DNA of 35,289 bases from an uncultured Acidobacteriota bacterium (GTDB taxonomy: Bacteria > Acidobacteriota > Polarisedimenticolia > J045). The notes beneath the pieces were generated by a model. It searched no databases, was not told the origin of the DNA, and was given only the letters and a program-made list of their open reading frames with translations. Shown here piece by piece: positions 8,375 to 16,661 of this stretch (its first letter is position 1; each line of letters begins with the position of its first letter). The stretch spans positions 1-35,289 of the forward strand of contig CAVPCQ010000004.1 in the NCBI GenBank assembly GCA_963702425.1, read 5' to 3'. A program made the translations under genes and the position numbers.

Positions 8375-9493
8375 TTACCGCGGCCCGCACCCGCGGCCCC
8401 AGGCGATCGCCAGCGGCGGGCAGGCGACCGGCGGTCCGGTCGCGTCCCGGACCGGAGCTCCCAGGGCGGCGGCGATCCGGAAGAGCCACCACCCAGGCGG
8501 CGGAATCCCGACCGGACCCCAGCGCGCCACCCGCACCCCGCCCTGCAGCAGATGGCCGGCACCGAGCAGGGCGCCGCGCAGCGGAAGAAGCCGTGTCAGA
8601 ACGAATCCCTCCGTTGGCCAGGCCGCCCGTCGCGCGGCCTCCAGCGACAGCTCCTCCCAGGGGGGATCGGACGCGCTGCGCCACGATCCTCCGGACTGTC
8701 CGCGCGGGGCGCGGCGTTCCAGCACTCGGACCTCGCGCGCGAGGTGGGCCGTCAGCGCCGCCGCCCCCTGCCCGGTCCGAGCAAACCGCAGCGCCTCGAG
8801 CCGCAGGAGATCGCCCGCCGCGAAGGCGTCCGCGACGAGCGCGCCCCGTGAGGCTGCGAAGTTGGGGGCGACGCACTCGGCGAGGGCGAGTCCCTCGCGG
8901 ACGCGCGTCACGGCGGTCTCCCGCGCGACCGCTTCCAGCCATCCCGCGGGCCAGGCTGCGCCCCGCCCGGGTCCCGTCCCGGCGTTGCTCCCCCCCAGCC
9001 TTGCCGTGCGCGACCAGAGCGGCGCGGCCGGGTCGGCGCCGATCAGGAGCGTCGCGGCGGCCACCAGCGCCGGGGAGCGGGAGGCCCTTCCCGGCGGTTC
9101 GACCCGACGCTCTGCTGTTTCCGCGCTCCGCCTGGTGACCGTTGCCGCCGTGACCCGGACCGCCACCGGCAGGCCCGAGGGAGCGAGCGCCCGCGCCGCC
9201 GCAGCCCGCAGACCGCGAGCCGCCGCCGCGAGCGCGTCGCTCCGCGGGGCGTGGGCAGGCGCGGGCGTCAGCGGCGCCGCGGGACGGCCTGGCGGCCCGC
9301 TCCGCACCCCCTCCTCCCAGCCCCTCCCGAGTCCCGAGCGTTCCGGTCCGGAGAAGGCTTCGGTCAGGCCCGAGCACTTGGCGGACGGATCCGCCCTGTC
9401 CAGGCCACCCTGGTCGCCGGCAAGGGGTCGCCCCGCGATCCGCGGGCCTCGATCCCCCGGCCTCACCGGCCGACCCCGGTCAGCGTGTTGCAT
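8375..9493 (-). CDS. Very divergent PmbA/TldE-like protein (start uncertain)
   Basis: Directly downstream of the TldD-like gene. C-terminal segments EELS..GFVLTRL, GHLLQGG and PVACPPLAI echo the PmbA/TldD C-terminal strands. No HExxH. N-terminal part is unconvincing. Confidence 0.45.
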   Translation of the reverse strand: MQHADRGRPVRPGDRGPRIAGRPLAGDQGGLDRADPSAKCSGLTEAFSGPERSGLGRGWEEGVRSGPPGRPAAPLTPAPAHAPRSDALAAAARGLRAAAARALAPSGLPVAVRVTAATVTRRSAETAERRVEPPGRASRSPALVAAATLLIGADPAAPLWSRTARLGGSNAGTGPGRGAAWPAGWLEAVARETAVTRVREGLALAECVAPNFAASRGALVADAFAAGDLLRLEALRFARTGQGAAALTAHLAREVRVLERRAPRGQSGGSWRSASDPPWEELSLEAARRAAWPTEGFVLTRLLPLRGALLGAGHLLQGGVRVARWGPVGIPPPGWWLFRIAAALGAPVRDATGPPVACPPLAIAWGRGCGPR

Positions 9494-9523
9494 CAGCGAC
9501 TTCCCGGCTCGCGATGGGCGATT

Positions 9524-10837
9524 TCACGGGATCACCTGGACAGGGTCGAGCACAATCGTCGGCGCGCCGACCATGACTGGCACCGCAGACCCTAGGCGGG
9601 AGCAGGTCGCGAACGCCCCGTTCTCGATCGGCTCCGAGGCGAGGCAGCGAAGGCCTCGCCAGCCCTCGGCCGCGTCGACCACCGCAACCGCGCGTCCGCC
9701 CCCCGGCACGGGAATCCCGTCCCGCACGCTGCCGACGCGCTCCAGTTCCAATGCGATCCGGCCGCTGGGCGGATCGTACCGACCGGCCAGGACCCCGCCC
9801 GCCACGGGCGTTCCATCGGGCAGGTCCCGCCACGCGACGCCCTCCGCCGCTCCGCCGGCGAGCTGCGTCACCGAGAGCGCCACCTCTGCCGCGTCGCGTA
9901 CCGAAGGGCGGCGACGCTGCCCCTGCCGGCCGGCAGGATGCGGTCCGGCCTCGTTCCAGAGAACGGCGGCCGCCGCCCGGTCTCCGGCGTCGTCGATCAG
10001 GTAGCCCGCCGGCCAGGGTCCCCCGGCCGGATCGTTCACGATCGACAGGCCGTGCCGGGCCGGGACCCGGCCGATCCGCGCCGCCGACTCGAGCGCCGCG
10101 TGGGCCATCTCGTGGACCCACCACCCGGCGGCGGGAGCGAGGAGGACCAGCGGCCCGGTCCGGGCGAGCGGTTGCCGCGCCGCGCCCCGCGGGGCGCGGC
10201 TTCCCGGCGTGGGTTCCCCGGCGAAAGCCTCCCCGGGACCGATGCGGACCCGCCTTACGCCGATCCAGCCCCGATCCTCGCGCCAAGGGGGGGGAGTGCC
10301 GGGCCGGCCGCTCCACTCGACTGGGGCGCCCGGCACGCCTTTGTCCGGCGCCCCCGCGAGCAGGCGAAATCCACGCTCCTCGGCGACCCGCGGGGGGGCT
10401 GCGTTCTTCCGCCAAGCCCGCCAGCGCAGGTGGATCTCGATCGCGACCGGCGCGGGCGCCCGGCCCGTGCCGGCGAGCAGCGCCCCCAGTTCGTCGGCCG
10501 CCGATTGCAGCGGGCGAAGCTCGGCGCGCAGCGCTTCCTCGACCGCGGAAAGAGCCGCCTCCCAGCCGCGGGGATCGAGCGCGAGCCGGCTTGGGACGCG
10601 CCCTTCCGCGCGAAAGCGCGCGCCCGGACCGGCACCGACCGCAAAGCGCCAGCGGCGGGCGCCGCTCTCCCCCCACTCCAGCCGCCAGCCGCCGTCCGCC
10701 GCGATCGAGGTGACGCCGCCCCCCGCGTCGCCGCGCAGCACCGCCCGCAATTCCCAGAGCGCGAGCGACGGCGGATCTCCCGGTTCGGCGCGCGCCTCCG
10801 CGAGCCGCTCGAGGGCCTGCTGAAGGACCGGGGTCAT
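9524..10837 (-). CDS. Divergent TldD-like metalloprotease
   Basis: Ordered TldD-like motifs: PLVLLAPAAGWWVHEMAHAALE, SIVNDP, GYLIDDAG, GQRRRPS, GRYDPPSG and ATCSRLGSAVPVMVGAPTI (compare CGK.GQ..PV..G.PT). Start lies between 10837 and 10909. Confidence 0.75.
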   Translation of the reverse strand: MTPVLQQALERLAEARAEPGDPPSLALWELRAVLRGDAGGGVTSIAADGGWRLEWGESGARRWRFAVGAGPGARFRAEGRVPSRLALDPRGWEAALSAVEEALRAELRPLQSAADELGALLAGTGRAPAPVAIEIHLRWRAWRKNAAPPRVAEERGFRLLAGAPDKGVPGAPVEWSGRPGTPPPWREDRGWIGVRRVRIGPGEAFAGEPTPGSRAPRGAARQPLARTGPLVLLAPAAGWWVHEMAHAALESAARIGRVPARHGLSIVNDPAGGPWPAGYLIDDAGDRAAAAVLWNEAGPHPAGRQGQRRRPSVRDAAEVALSVTQLAGGAAEGVAWRDLPDGTPVAGGVLAGRYDPPSGRIALELERVGSVRDGIPVPGGGRAVAVVDAAEGWRGLRCLASEPIENGAFATCSRLGSAVPVMVGAPTIVLDPVQVIP

Positions 10838-11069
10838 GAGCGCGCTCTCGAGTCCCCGCACCGCGCCGCGCGACAGCGCGCGGGATCGCGACCGGGCAGG
10901 GCCGCGCATGATCGCACGGTTTGATCGGGCTCCGCGCGGAACCTATGTTCTGCCCCGCTGGGCGCGGAGAAACCCCGGTTTTCGGGTGCGATCCTGCGCT
11001 GCCCGGCAAGGACGCCTCGTCCTCGCGTGGATGACGCGACGGCGGTGCCGCGGGGAGGAATTCGAACCG

Positions 11070-13934
11070 ATGAGCGCTAGGCATCGGCTGCTGGTCATCG
11101 ATTACGAGCCGCGCTCGCTCAAGCGAACGCTTGCCCTGCTGGAGGGGAGCGGGTTCGCGGTCAGCGGGGCTGGCACGGCGCTCGAGATCAACGCCGAGCT
11201 GAACCGGGCCGCGCCCGACGCGGTGATCGTCGAGCCGATGATCCCCGGCCAGGACGGCTTCAAGCTGATCCAGAGCATCAAGCGCCTCCGCCCGGCCCGC
11301 CCGACGTTCGTGATCGCGGCCTCGCGCATCTACCGAGGGCCGCGGTTCCGCGGAATGGCGAAGGAGGCCGGCGCCGACCTGTTCGTCGAGCGCCCGATGC
11401 AGGACGATCAGATCCTCGCCGCGCTGACCCGCACGCTCGGGGACCAGCCGGAACTCACCGCCCCGCAACCCCCCGATGAGGTTTCGGCGGCCGCGCTCTC
11501 GTCCGTGCCGCCGCCCGCAGCGGCCGAGCCGGCGCCCGCGCCCCTCCCGCCCCGGCCTCCCGCGCCGCCCAGGCCCCAGGTCGCGGCGGCGCCGATCGCC
11601 GCAACGACCGATCCGCACGCGCACCATCAGCCCGCTCCGCCGAGCGCGGTCACGGCGCCGCGCCCGATCCACACCCCGTCGCCGGCCCGGGCCGGTGTTC
11701 CTTCGGTCCCGCCCCGGCCGGCGGCACCAGCATCCCCGCCAGCGGCGACGTCCGCGGGGCAGCCCGCGATCGCGACCACGTCCGCGGGACGGCCCGTGCT
11801 CGCGGCCGCCTCGGCGGGCCCTCGCGCGACCGGGGCTTCGCAGCGCTCGCCAGCGCCTATGCCCGCGCTTCCGTCGAGTGATGCGGAGATCGACGCCGCC
11901 CTCGACCGCCTGCTGGGGCCGTTCGGCGGGGCCGCCGTCGAAGCCGCTCCGGCGCCCGCGGCCGCCTCGGCGCCCGTGCGGCCGATGGCTCCGGCGCCGG
12001 TCGCACCGGCTCCGATCGACGCCACCGACCCGCTGGGGCTGGCACTCGACCGGGACTACCGCGTGCACCGCCAGGAACCACGGAAGGTCACGGGGCCGCT
12101 GGTCGCCTTCGACTTCGACGACGCCGGCGGCGGCGCCGCGCCGCGCCCGGTGGTGATCCCGACCCGCGTCGATCCGGTGGTTCCCATCGCCCCACCGGTG
12201 GTTTCGATCCCCGATGATGCCCTCGGGTTCGATCCGGTGACCGGGGACTCGGGGAACATCTCCGCGCCGGCTGGCGCGGACGACGCAAGGGACGGCCGGT
12301 ACATGGACTTCCTCCTCCAGGAAGACCCGGGAACCGGACCGCCGCCGATCAGCCCCGCAACCTGGCCGCGTACCGGCCCGATCCCGATCGTCGCCGCCCC
12401 CGAGACGCCGATCCAGTCGGCCGACGATGACGACATCGACCGCGTGCTGGCGCGCGTCTTCGCGCCGGGGATCGACGCTCAAGGTGAAGTCCCGGGGATC
12501 GACGCGGGAGACGGGTCGGGTCGGCGCGACTCCGGAGCCGCGGTCGACCAGAGCCAGTCCTCCCTCTCCGCTTCCGGATCGTCGGCGCCCGACCGTCCGG
12601 TGCCGGAGGGGTTGCGGGGCATGGACGCCGGCACCGCGGATCTCCTCTCGAGCCTCCAGGAGCTGGAAAACAGCCTTCCGGACGGCGGGCCCCCGTCGGC
12701 CGACCTGCGCGCAGACAGCGCGTGGACGGCGACCACCGGGTTCGGTGACCTGACCGGACAGGCCCTGCAGGAGATCGAGACCTCGGTCCCCTTCACCCCG
12801 CCGCCCCCGCCGGAGGACGAGCAGACCCTGCAGGAGGTGCTGGCCAGCCTCGGCACCATGGAGGCGCAGCCGACCGCCGAAGAGGTCGACCCGGCTCTGG
12901 CCTCCCCGCCGGTCCCATTCGACGCCTTCCGCCAGACCGGCACGCAGTTCGGGTTCCGCGGCCGGACCGGTCCCGTCGCCACCGGCCACGGCACCGCGCC
13001 GACGGCCGCCGATCCCGCTGCGCGGTCGCCGGTTCAGAACGCGGTCGCTGTCTCGTCGCGAGCCCTGGTGACCGGAGCCCTGGTCGCAGTCCTGCTCCTG
13101 GCCCTGGCCGCCGGAGGCTGGTACCTGTTCGTGCGCGAGTCGGCGGCCTCTTCGGACTCGCCGGCCGCACCCTCCGAGAGCGTCGGCAGCGCCGCCCCCA
13201 CTGGCCTCCCGACCGCTCCCGAAGCGGCACCCGGGAAGAAGAAGCCGAAGCCGAAGAAACCAGCAGCCGCCCCCGCCGACGCGGTGGTGACTCGCCCCGT
13301 CCCGGGTGACAAGAAGCAACCGGCGCGGGGTTCGAGCCCGGCTTCGAAGGCGCCCGGCTCGGGTGGGACCCCCCCGCCGCCCGTCGCTGCCGCCCCCCGA
13401 GCCCCGCGACCCGAGCCGGAACCGGCCGCCATGCGGGAGTCCCGACGCGTCCCCGTTCCGGCTGCTCAGGAACCGGTGTCGGCCGCCGACGCTCGAGTGT
13501 CGGCGGCAGACATGGCCGCTCCGGTCCCGGCTCCGGCCGCGGCCACGGTATTTCCTTCGGCTGGCGATCCCGCCCCGGTCCCGGGTGGGACGGACGTTCC
13601 CGTGGAAACCCCCATCGTTCGGGTCAGCGAGCTCGACACCCCGGTCAGCGCGGTCCGCCGCACCATCCCGCCGGCCACGGCGGAGGCGGTTGCGGCCCGG
13701 ATCGGCGGGCGGGCTTTCCTCAACGTGTTGGTTGGGGCCGATGGCGCGGTCCAGGAGGCCCGGCTGATGATCGACCCGGGCCACGGCCTGGGGGAGGCTG
13801 CCCGGCGGGCGGCGCAGTCGTGGAGCTACACGGCACCCCTGCGAGGAGGGCAGCCCGTGCGGGTCTGGAAGACCGAGGTGGTCGAGTTCGAGCCGCCGGC
13901 CGACGAGACCGGCGACGGAGCGGAGAGCCGGTAG
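11070..13934 (+). CDS. Atypical receiver domain + Pro/Ala-rich linker + TM helix + TonB C-terminal domain protein
   Basis: GGAGG upstream of ATG 11070. REC fold: LLVIDYE, PDAVIVEPMIPGQDG, GADLFVERP. Single TM ALVAVLLLALAAGGWYLFV. C-terminal GRAFLNVLVGADGAVQEA...LGEAARRAAQSWSY..LRGGQPV fits TonB_C. Confidence 0.85.
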   Translation: MSARHRLLVIDYEPRSLKRTLALLEGSGFAVSGAGTALEINAELNRAAPDAVIVEPMIPGQDGFKLIQSIKRLRPARPTFVIAASRIYRGPRFRGMAKEAGADLFVERPMQDDQILAALTRTLGDQPELTAPQPPDEVSAAALSSVPPPAAAEPAPAPLPPRPPAPPRPQVAAAPIAATTDPHAHHQPAPPSAVTAPRPIHTPSPARAGVPSVPPRPAAPASPPAATSAGQPAIATTSAGRPVLAAASAGPRATGASQRSPAPMPALPSSDAEIDAALDRLLGPFGGAAVEAAPAPAAASAPVRPMAPAPVAPAPIDATDPLGLALDRDYRVHRQEPRKVTGPLVAFDFDDAGGGAAPRPVVIPTRVDPVVPIAPPVVSIPDDALGFDPVTGDSGNISAPAGADDARDGRYMDFLLQEDPGTGPPPISPATWPRTGPIPIVAAPETPIQSADDDDIDRVLARVFAPGIDAQGEVPGIDAGDGSGRRDSGAAVDQSQSSLSASGSSAPDRPVPEGLRGMDAGTADLLSSLQELENSLPDGGPPSADLRADSAWTATTGFGDLTGQALQEIETSVPFTPPPPPEDEQTLQEVLASLGTMEAQPTAEEVDPALASPPVPFDAFRQTGTQFGFRGRTGPVATGHGTAPTAADPAARSPVQNAVAVSSRALVTGALVAVLLLALAAGGWYLFVRESAASSDSPAAPSESVGSAAPTGLPTAPEAAPGKKKPKPKKPAAAPADAVVTRPVPGDKKQPARGSSPASKAPGSGGTPPPPVAAAPRAPRPEPEPAAMRESRRVPVPAAQEPVSAADARVSAADMAAPVPAPAAATVFPSAGDPAPVPGGTDVPVETPIVRVSELDTPVSAVRRTIPPATAEAVAARIGGRAFLNVLVGADGAVQEARLMIDPGHGLGEAARRAAQSWSYTAPLRGGQPVRVWKTEVVEFEPPADETGDGAESR

Positions 13935-13943
13935 CGGCCCCGT

Positions 13944-14147
13944 CTATTCCTTCGTCGCCTTGCGCTCCGCCTTCCTGCGCTTGCGATCGTTCTCGCGGCG
14001 GCGGCGGCGGCGGCGCTCGGATGGCTTCTCGTAGTACTCATGCTGGCGGATCGCCTTGCGGATCCCAAACTTCTCGACCTTGCGGCGGAACCGCCGGAGA
14101 GCCTTTTCAAGGTCCTCCTTGACGACAACGTAAGTCGAATCCGGCAT
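13944..14147 (-). CDS. rpsU: 30S ribosomal protein S21
   Basis: EDLEKALRRFRRKV, EYYEKPSERRRR; GAGGAG ribosome-binding site. Confidence 0.97.
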   Translation of the reverse strand: MPDSTYVVVKEDLEKALRRFRRKVEKFGIRKAIRQHEYYEKPSERRRRRRRENDRKRRKAERKATKE

Positions 14148-14182
14148 CGGTGGACTACGCTCCTCAGGGCAAAAGACTGCTT

Positions 14183-14211
14183 AGAGTATTCGAACCGGAA
14201 GATCGCGTCAA
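14183..14211 (-). promoter_or_regulatory. Sigma70-type promoter of rpsU
   Basis: Minus strand TTGACG-17 nt-TACTCT. Confidence 0.7.
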
Positions 14212-14278
14212 CGGTTTCCTCGTGCCCGGTCTCCGGCCCGCCCCTTGAGTCATGGTAAGGCGCCCCCTCCCCGCCGGC

Positions 14279-14308
14279 TTGACGGGACCCCCCGGGGGTC
14301 ACTAGTCT
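14279..14308 (+). promoter_or_regulatory. Sigma70-type promoter of the accD operon
   Basis: TTGACG-18 nt-TAGTCT; the spacer contains the dyad GACCCCC-C-GGGGGTC. Confidence 0.55.
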
Positions 14309-14332
14309 CCCGACCGGAAGGGAGCCGGCAGG

Positions 14333-15226
14333 ATGGCTTGGTTCCGCAAGGACAAGAAGCCCAAGGTTCAGCCCGAGGAGCGCACCAGCCAGATCCCCGA
14401 GGGGCTCTGGATCAAGTGCGACGGCTGCCGCGAGATCATCTACCGCAAGGAGGTGGTCCGCCGGAACTGGATCTGCCCGAAATGCGCCTTCCACTTCTCG
14501 ATCGGGGCGCGGCAGCGCCTCGAGTCGCTCCTGGACGACGGGGCGTACGAGGAGTTCGGCCAGCACCTGGCGGCGATCGACCCGCTCAAGTTCAAGGACA
14601 AGAAGGCCTACCGCGACCGGCTCGTCGACTACAAGGCGAAGACCGGGATGAACGACGCCGTGATCACCGCGACTGGCACGATCGAGGGTCTGCCGGTCGT
14701 GGCGGCGGTCATGGAATACGAGTTCATGGGCGGCTCGATGGGGAGCGTGGTCGGCGAGAAAATCACCCGCGCGGCCGAGCTCGCGCTGGCTGAGCGCCGG
14801 CCGCTCCTGATCATCAGCACCTCGGGGGGCGCCCGGATGCAGGAGGGCGCGCTCTCCCTGATGCAGATGGCCAAGATCTCCGCCGCCCTGGGCCGGATGC
14901 ACGAGGCGCAGATCCCGTTCATCTCGATCCTGGCCGACCCGACGACCGGCGGCGTAACCGCTTCGTACGCGATGCTCGGCGACGTCATCATCGCCGAGCC
15001 GGGCGCGCTGATCGGCTTCGCCGGCCCGCGCGTGATCGAGCAGACCATCCGCCAGAAACTCCCCGAGGGGTTCCAGCGCTCGGAGTTCCTGATGGACCAC
15101 GGGATGCTCGACCTGGTCGTCCCGCGCGGCGAGATGCGCGACACGGTCGGTCGGGTGCTGAGGCTGCTGTGGGTTCCGGGCGTGGGCACCCCGGCGCCGG
15201 CCCAGGCCACGACCTCGCTCACCTGA
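14333..15226 (+). CDS. accD: Acetyl-CoA carboxylase carboxyltransferase beta subunit
   Basis: PEGLWIKC..C...CPKC zinc finger, FMGGSMGSVVGEKI, SGGARMQEG, DPTTGGVTAS, IGFAGPRVIEQTI. Confidence 0.98.
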   Translation: MAWFRKDKKPKVQPEERTSQIPEGLWIKCDGCREIIYRKEVVRRNWICPKCAFHFSIGARQRLESLLDDGAYEEFGQHLAAIDPLKFKDKKAYRDRLVDYKAKTGMNDAVITATGTIEGLPVVAAVMEYEFMGGSMGSVVGEKITRAAELALAERRPLLIISTSGGARMQEGALSLMQMAKISAALGRMHEAQIPFISILADPTTGGVTASYAMLGDVIIAEPGALIGFAGPRVIEQTIRQKLPEGFQRSEFLMDHGMLDLVVPRGEMRDTVGRVLRLLWVPGVGTPAPAQATTSLT

Positions 15227-15230
15227 CGAC

Positions 15231-16661
15231 TTGCAGCCGAAAGACGAACTCCTCGACTGGCTCTACAGCCTGAAGGGTCCCTCTCTCAAGTGGGACCTCG
15301 AGACCGCGCACGCGCTGAACGCGCTGTGCGGCCACCCCGACCGGGCCTTCCGCTCGCTGCACGTGGCGGGGACCAACGGCAAGGGGTCGGTGGCGGCGAT
15401 GGCGCACGCGATCGCGCTGGCCGCGGGGATCCCGGCCGGGCTCTACACCAGCCCTCACCTCGTTCGTCCGGAGGAGCGGATCCGCGTCGGCGGCGAGGAG
15501 GTCGCCGAGGCCGCGCTTCGCGAGCGGATCGGGCGGCTGCGGGCGATCGCCGGGGACGGCGTCCTGAGCGGCGTGCTGCCGCGCTTCCCCTCCTTCTTCG
15601 AGATGATGACCGCGGCGGCGTTCCTGACGTTCGCCGAGGCGCGGGTCCGGTTCGCGGCGGTCGAGTGCGGGCTGGGGGGAAGGCTCGACGCGACGAACGT
15701 GATCACCCCCCTGGCGGCGGTCGTGACCACGGTCGCGCTGGACCACGTGCCGATCCTCGGACCGACCCTCGCCGACATCGCGCGCGAGAAGGCCGGCATC
15801 GTGAAGCCGGGGGTTCCGGTCCTCGTGGGGTGGCTGCCGGACCAGGCGCTGGCGGCGGTCGCCGCGCGCGCGCGGAGCGTCGGCGCACCGCTCTTCGCCG
15901 CGACGCGCGAGCTGGCCATCGAGGACGACGGAGCGGGCGGGCGCTTCGCGGTCGCGACGCCGGAGCGGACCTACCGTGACCTGGCCTGCGCGCTGCCCGG
16001 GGCCCACCAGCGGCGGAACGCGGCGCTGGCGATCCGGGCGATCGAGCTCTGCCGCGAGCGCGGGCTGGCGGTGCCGCCGGAAGCGATCGCGGAAGGGCTG
16101 GCGCGGGTGCGTTGGCCCGGCCGGCTGGAACGGATCGAGCGGCCGGGCGAGCCGATCGTGCTGCTGGATGCGGCCCACAACCCCGAGGGCGCGACGGCAC
16201 TCGCGGCCTGGCTCGCTGCAGTGGACGGCGACGGCGGGAACGGAGCGGCGAGGCGCCCGCGGCGGGTGGCGGTCTTCGGCGTGACCGAGGGACGCGATCC
16301 GCTCGAGATCTACGCGCCGCTCGCGGCCGCGGTCGACGTCTGGGTCGCGACGCGGCCCGCGATCGACAAGGCGCTCGACCCCCGCGGGATCGCCGAAGCG
16401 TTGGCCGCGGCGGGCGCGGTGGTGGAGGTGGTCGACGATCCGGCGCGGGCGCTGGCGCGGGCGTCGCAGCTGGCCGGCGCGGAGCGCCTTGACGCGAGCG
16501 TCGTCAACGGGGCCACCTCCGGCGAGGTGCTCGTGGCCGGCTCGCTCTACCTCGTGGGGGACGCCCGGCGGATCCTCCTGGGCCTCACCGGGCCGGGCCA
16601 CCCGCCGCGCGAGACACTGCTGCCGCGCCCCGGGGGCGGCGCCGCGGGAGACGCGCGGTGA
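15231..16661 (+). CDS. folC: Folylpolyglutamate synthase/dihydrofolate synthase
   Basis: HVAGTNGKGS, YTSPHL, ECGLGGRLDATN, WPGRLE, LDAAHNP, AGSLYLVG; follows accD. Confidence 0.96.
   Translation: MQPKDELLDWLYSLKGPSLKWDLETAHALNALCGHPDRAFRSLHVAGTNGKGSVAAMAHAIALAAGIPAGLYTSPHLVRPEERIRVGGEEVAEAALRERIGRLRAIAGDGVLSGVLPRFPSFFEMMTAAAFLTFAEARVRFAAVECGLGGRLDATNVITPLAAVVTTVALDHVPILGPTLADIAREKAGIVKPGVPVLVGWLPDQALAAVAARARSVGAPLFAATRELAIEDDGAGGRFAVATPERTYRDLACALPGAHQRRNAALAIRAIELCRERGLAVPPEAIAEGLARVRWPGRLERIERPGEPIVLLDAAHNPEGATALAAWLAAVDGDGGNGAARRPRRVAVFGVTEGRDPLEIYAPLAAAVDVWVATRPAIDKALDPRGIAEALAAAGAVVEVVDDPARALARASQLAGAERLDASVVNGATSGEVLVAGSLYLVGDARRILLGLTGPGHPPRETLLPRPGGGAAGDAR

Noticed and set aside
8375-10837. 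RiPP gene cluster around the TldD/E-like pair
   Set aside because: No YcaO, radical SAM, lanthipeptide enzyme, exporter or convincing precursor peptide is visible nearby.
9480-13784. 1434-aa minus-strand ORF, and similar long ORFs such as 31202..35218, 18661..21156 and 1764..4019
   Set aside because: Arg/Gly/Ala-rich shadow frames of real genes, expected in GC-rich DNA with few stop codons. Only the 3' tail of 31202..35218 carries real IntI fragments.
13995-14016. Trinucleotide (GCG)n run
   Set aside because: It encodes the poly-Arg tract of ribosomal protein S21; it is not an independent repeat element.
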